Below, piece after piece: positions 62,513 through 64,000 of a stretch of DNA of 64,000 nucleotides (positions are counted from its first letter, which is position 1; every line of letters starts with the position of its first letter). Position numbers and translations under genes: made by a program. The DNA is from Dehalococcoidia bacterium (GTDB lineage: Bacteria > Chloroflexota > Dehalococcoidia > Bin125). The notes beneath the pieces are model-generated. The model made no database searches, was not told the origin of the DNA, and saw nothing but the letters and a program-made list of their open reading frames with translations. The DNA lies in assembly GCA_963663235.2 (NCBI GenBank), contig CAXXNO010000012.1, positions 352,001 through 416,000 on the forward strand. Reading direction: 5' to 3'.

Positions 62513-62739
62513 TGGCGCTCTTCCTCAAGGGAACGACGCTACCACGACGGCGACACGCATGCGGAAGCGATCAAGCCAAGTGGTGCGGCTGCGAAGGAGT
62601 ATAGCATCGGTCCAGCCGGGTCCCCGCGCGCTTCGCCCGCGTGCGCCGTCACGACGTCGGCTTGACCGACCCTTGAGCGATGCTAGAGTCGACGGGCTCT
62701 CGAAAGAGGCGGGATCCGGCGGGGTTTACGCGGACGTCC

Positions 62740-63870
62740 ATGCGTCTGACCGTAACGCGAGCCCGGTCAATCGGTGCTGCGGGCCTGCTCACGGCAGCAG
62801 CCGTGAGCGCTGTGCTACTCGCGAGTCCTTGGGACGACCGCGGAGCACGGGCTGGGTCCACTGGGCCGGACCGCGGCGCGCTTCTGATTAGCGAGTTCCA
62901 TCCCAACGCCAGCAACCTCTACTTGATCGATCCATCCGATCTGGCCTCGCGCACACCGTACTTGGACGTGCCCCATGCCACAGGCTGGGAGATCATCGGG
63001 GCGCTAGCTCCCGATGGCACGCGGTTCGCCTACCTGGTCCTGCCCCCCGGCACATACGACCCGTCGACGCAGGCGCAGCTGGCGCTGCGCGACCACAACG
63101 GTCTGCGCGTCCTGGCGGATCGGCTGGATCTCGGGGGTGGGCTGGTCTGGAGTGCGGACGGCTCTGCTCTCTACGCTCGACGAACCGCTGCGGACGGGGT
63201 CCATCAGTCGCTGATTGAGGTTGACGCCGAGCATGGAGAGACCCGGACCCGGTTCGAGGGCGGAGAGAGCCTCAGCCTCTACGCCGTGGGGCGACCGGCG
63301 GACGGGCCGCTCTACGTCGTCGTCATCGGGTCGAACGGCAGCAAACTCGTCGCGCTCGACGGCAGCGGCCGGCCGGCGCGCTCGCTCTCTCTCTCGAGCG
63401 GCGTCACCCGCGACTGGGCGCTGTCAGCGGATGGGGCACACTTGGCCTTCACGGAGCAGCAGGGCCTGCAGCTCCACGTCCGTGTCGTCTCGCTTCGAGA
63501 CGACACCCCCACCCTCTCGGTCGCGAGCGCCATCGCCGCCGCACCGACGGCGGGGAGCGGCTCTGCCGCGCCGCTCTGGCATCCAGATGGATCGCTGAGC
63601 GTGGGGACCTTCGGCGCAAAGGACAGCTCGTCCGTCCTGCGGGTGCAGGCCGCGGGCGCAGCGGAGGTCGACGTGCGACCAGCGAGCGGCTTCGCGCTGC
63701 CCGTGGCCTGGTCCGCCGATGGTCGTCGCTTGGCGCTGCGGGCGTTCACGGGACGAGGGCCGGGCGATGTGGGTCAGGAGCGGGCGGCGCTCATCGGCCC
63801 AGACGGCCAGCTCCATACGATCGAGGGGGAGTTCATTCGCGTGCTGGGCTGGTGGTATGGCGGGGACTAG
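62740..63870 (+). CDS. Secreted beta-propeller (TolB/PD40-like) protein
   Basis: Signal/TM segment; repeats APDGTRFAY, WSADG, LSADG, WHPDG. Confidence 0.65.
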   Translation: MRLTVTRARSIGAAGLLTAAAVSAVLLASPWDDRGARAGSTGPDRGALLISEFHPNASNLYLIDPSDLASRTPYLDVPHATGWEIIGALAPDGTRFAYLVLPPGTYDPSTQAQLALRDHNGLRVLADRLDLGGGLVWSADGSALYARRTAADGVHQSLIEVDAEHGETRTRFEGGESLSLYAVGRPADGPLYVVVIGSNGSKLVALDGSGRPARSLSLSSGVTRDWALSADGAHLAFTEQQGLQLHVRVVSLRDDTPTLSVASAIAAAPTAGSGSAAPLWHPDGSLSVGTFGAKDSSSVLRVQAAGAAEVDVRPASGFALPVAWSADGRRLALRAFTGRGPGDVGQERAALIGPDGQLHTIEGEFIRVLGWWYGGD

Positions 63871-64000
63871 GCGCGCGCTGCTTGTCTTCGCGCTGGCAGG
63901 GTTGCTCGGATCGCTCGCCGTGGCCGCGCTTCTATCCCCGGAGACGCACGGGCAGTCGCCCGCTTGCCCCTTCGGCGGCGGCCCGTCGTTCGACATCCAT
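63857..64000 (+). CDS. 5' part of a secreted protein (truncated by window edge)
   Basis: MAGTRRALLVFALAGLLGSLAVAALL signal-like N-terminus, overlapping the upstream stop. Confidence 0.5.
   Translation, partial: MAGTRRALLVFALAGLLGSLAVAALLSPETHGQSPACPFGGGPSFDIH

Overview
High-GC bacterial chromosome segment. The gene set (peptidase MA, remA-gmk, Trp T-box, phosphatidylinositol lipid genes) suggests Chloroflexota/Dehalococcoidia, which is an inference. Positions 1-5.2 kb hold a thioredoxin-like gene, a dihydropyrimidinase and a disrupted NB-ARC/TPR (bacterial NLR-like) gene. Positions 5.3-23.2 kb hold a compact siphovirus-type virion cluster: terminases, portal, protease, HK97 capsid, neck, tail tube, G/GT chaperone frameshift, a ~211-aa tape measure, baseplate/fibre, holin-like genes and an SLT lysin. 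I recognise no integrase, repressor or replication genes in or around it. It has two TTGACA promoters, each carrying a near-consensus GAAC-N4-GTTC LexA box, so it is a candidate SOS-inducible GTA-like element. The cluster is heavily invaded by two palindromic repeat families that sit mostly in-frame at gene junctions, often with a duplicated gene start. It also shows a few lesions (capsid TAA, tail-terminator frameshift) that may be decay or read errors. Positions 23.7-64 kb are housekeeping: gdhA, hisN, ino1/PI-lipid cluster, prfB with +1 frameshift, folD, acpS, nnr, fabF, recJ, EF-G-like, tyrS, ribF, scpA, a T-box-controlled trp/aro operon with two embedded CMD-family genes, gmk, remA, aroA and tyrA. 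A dif-like site lies at ~27.2 kb. All calls come from reading motifs and gene order by eye; no database searches were run.
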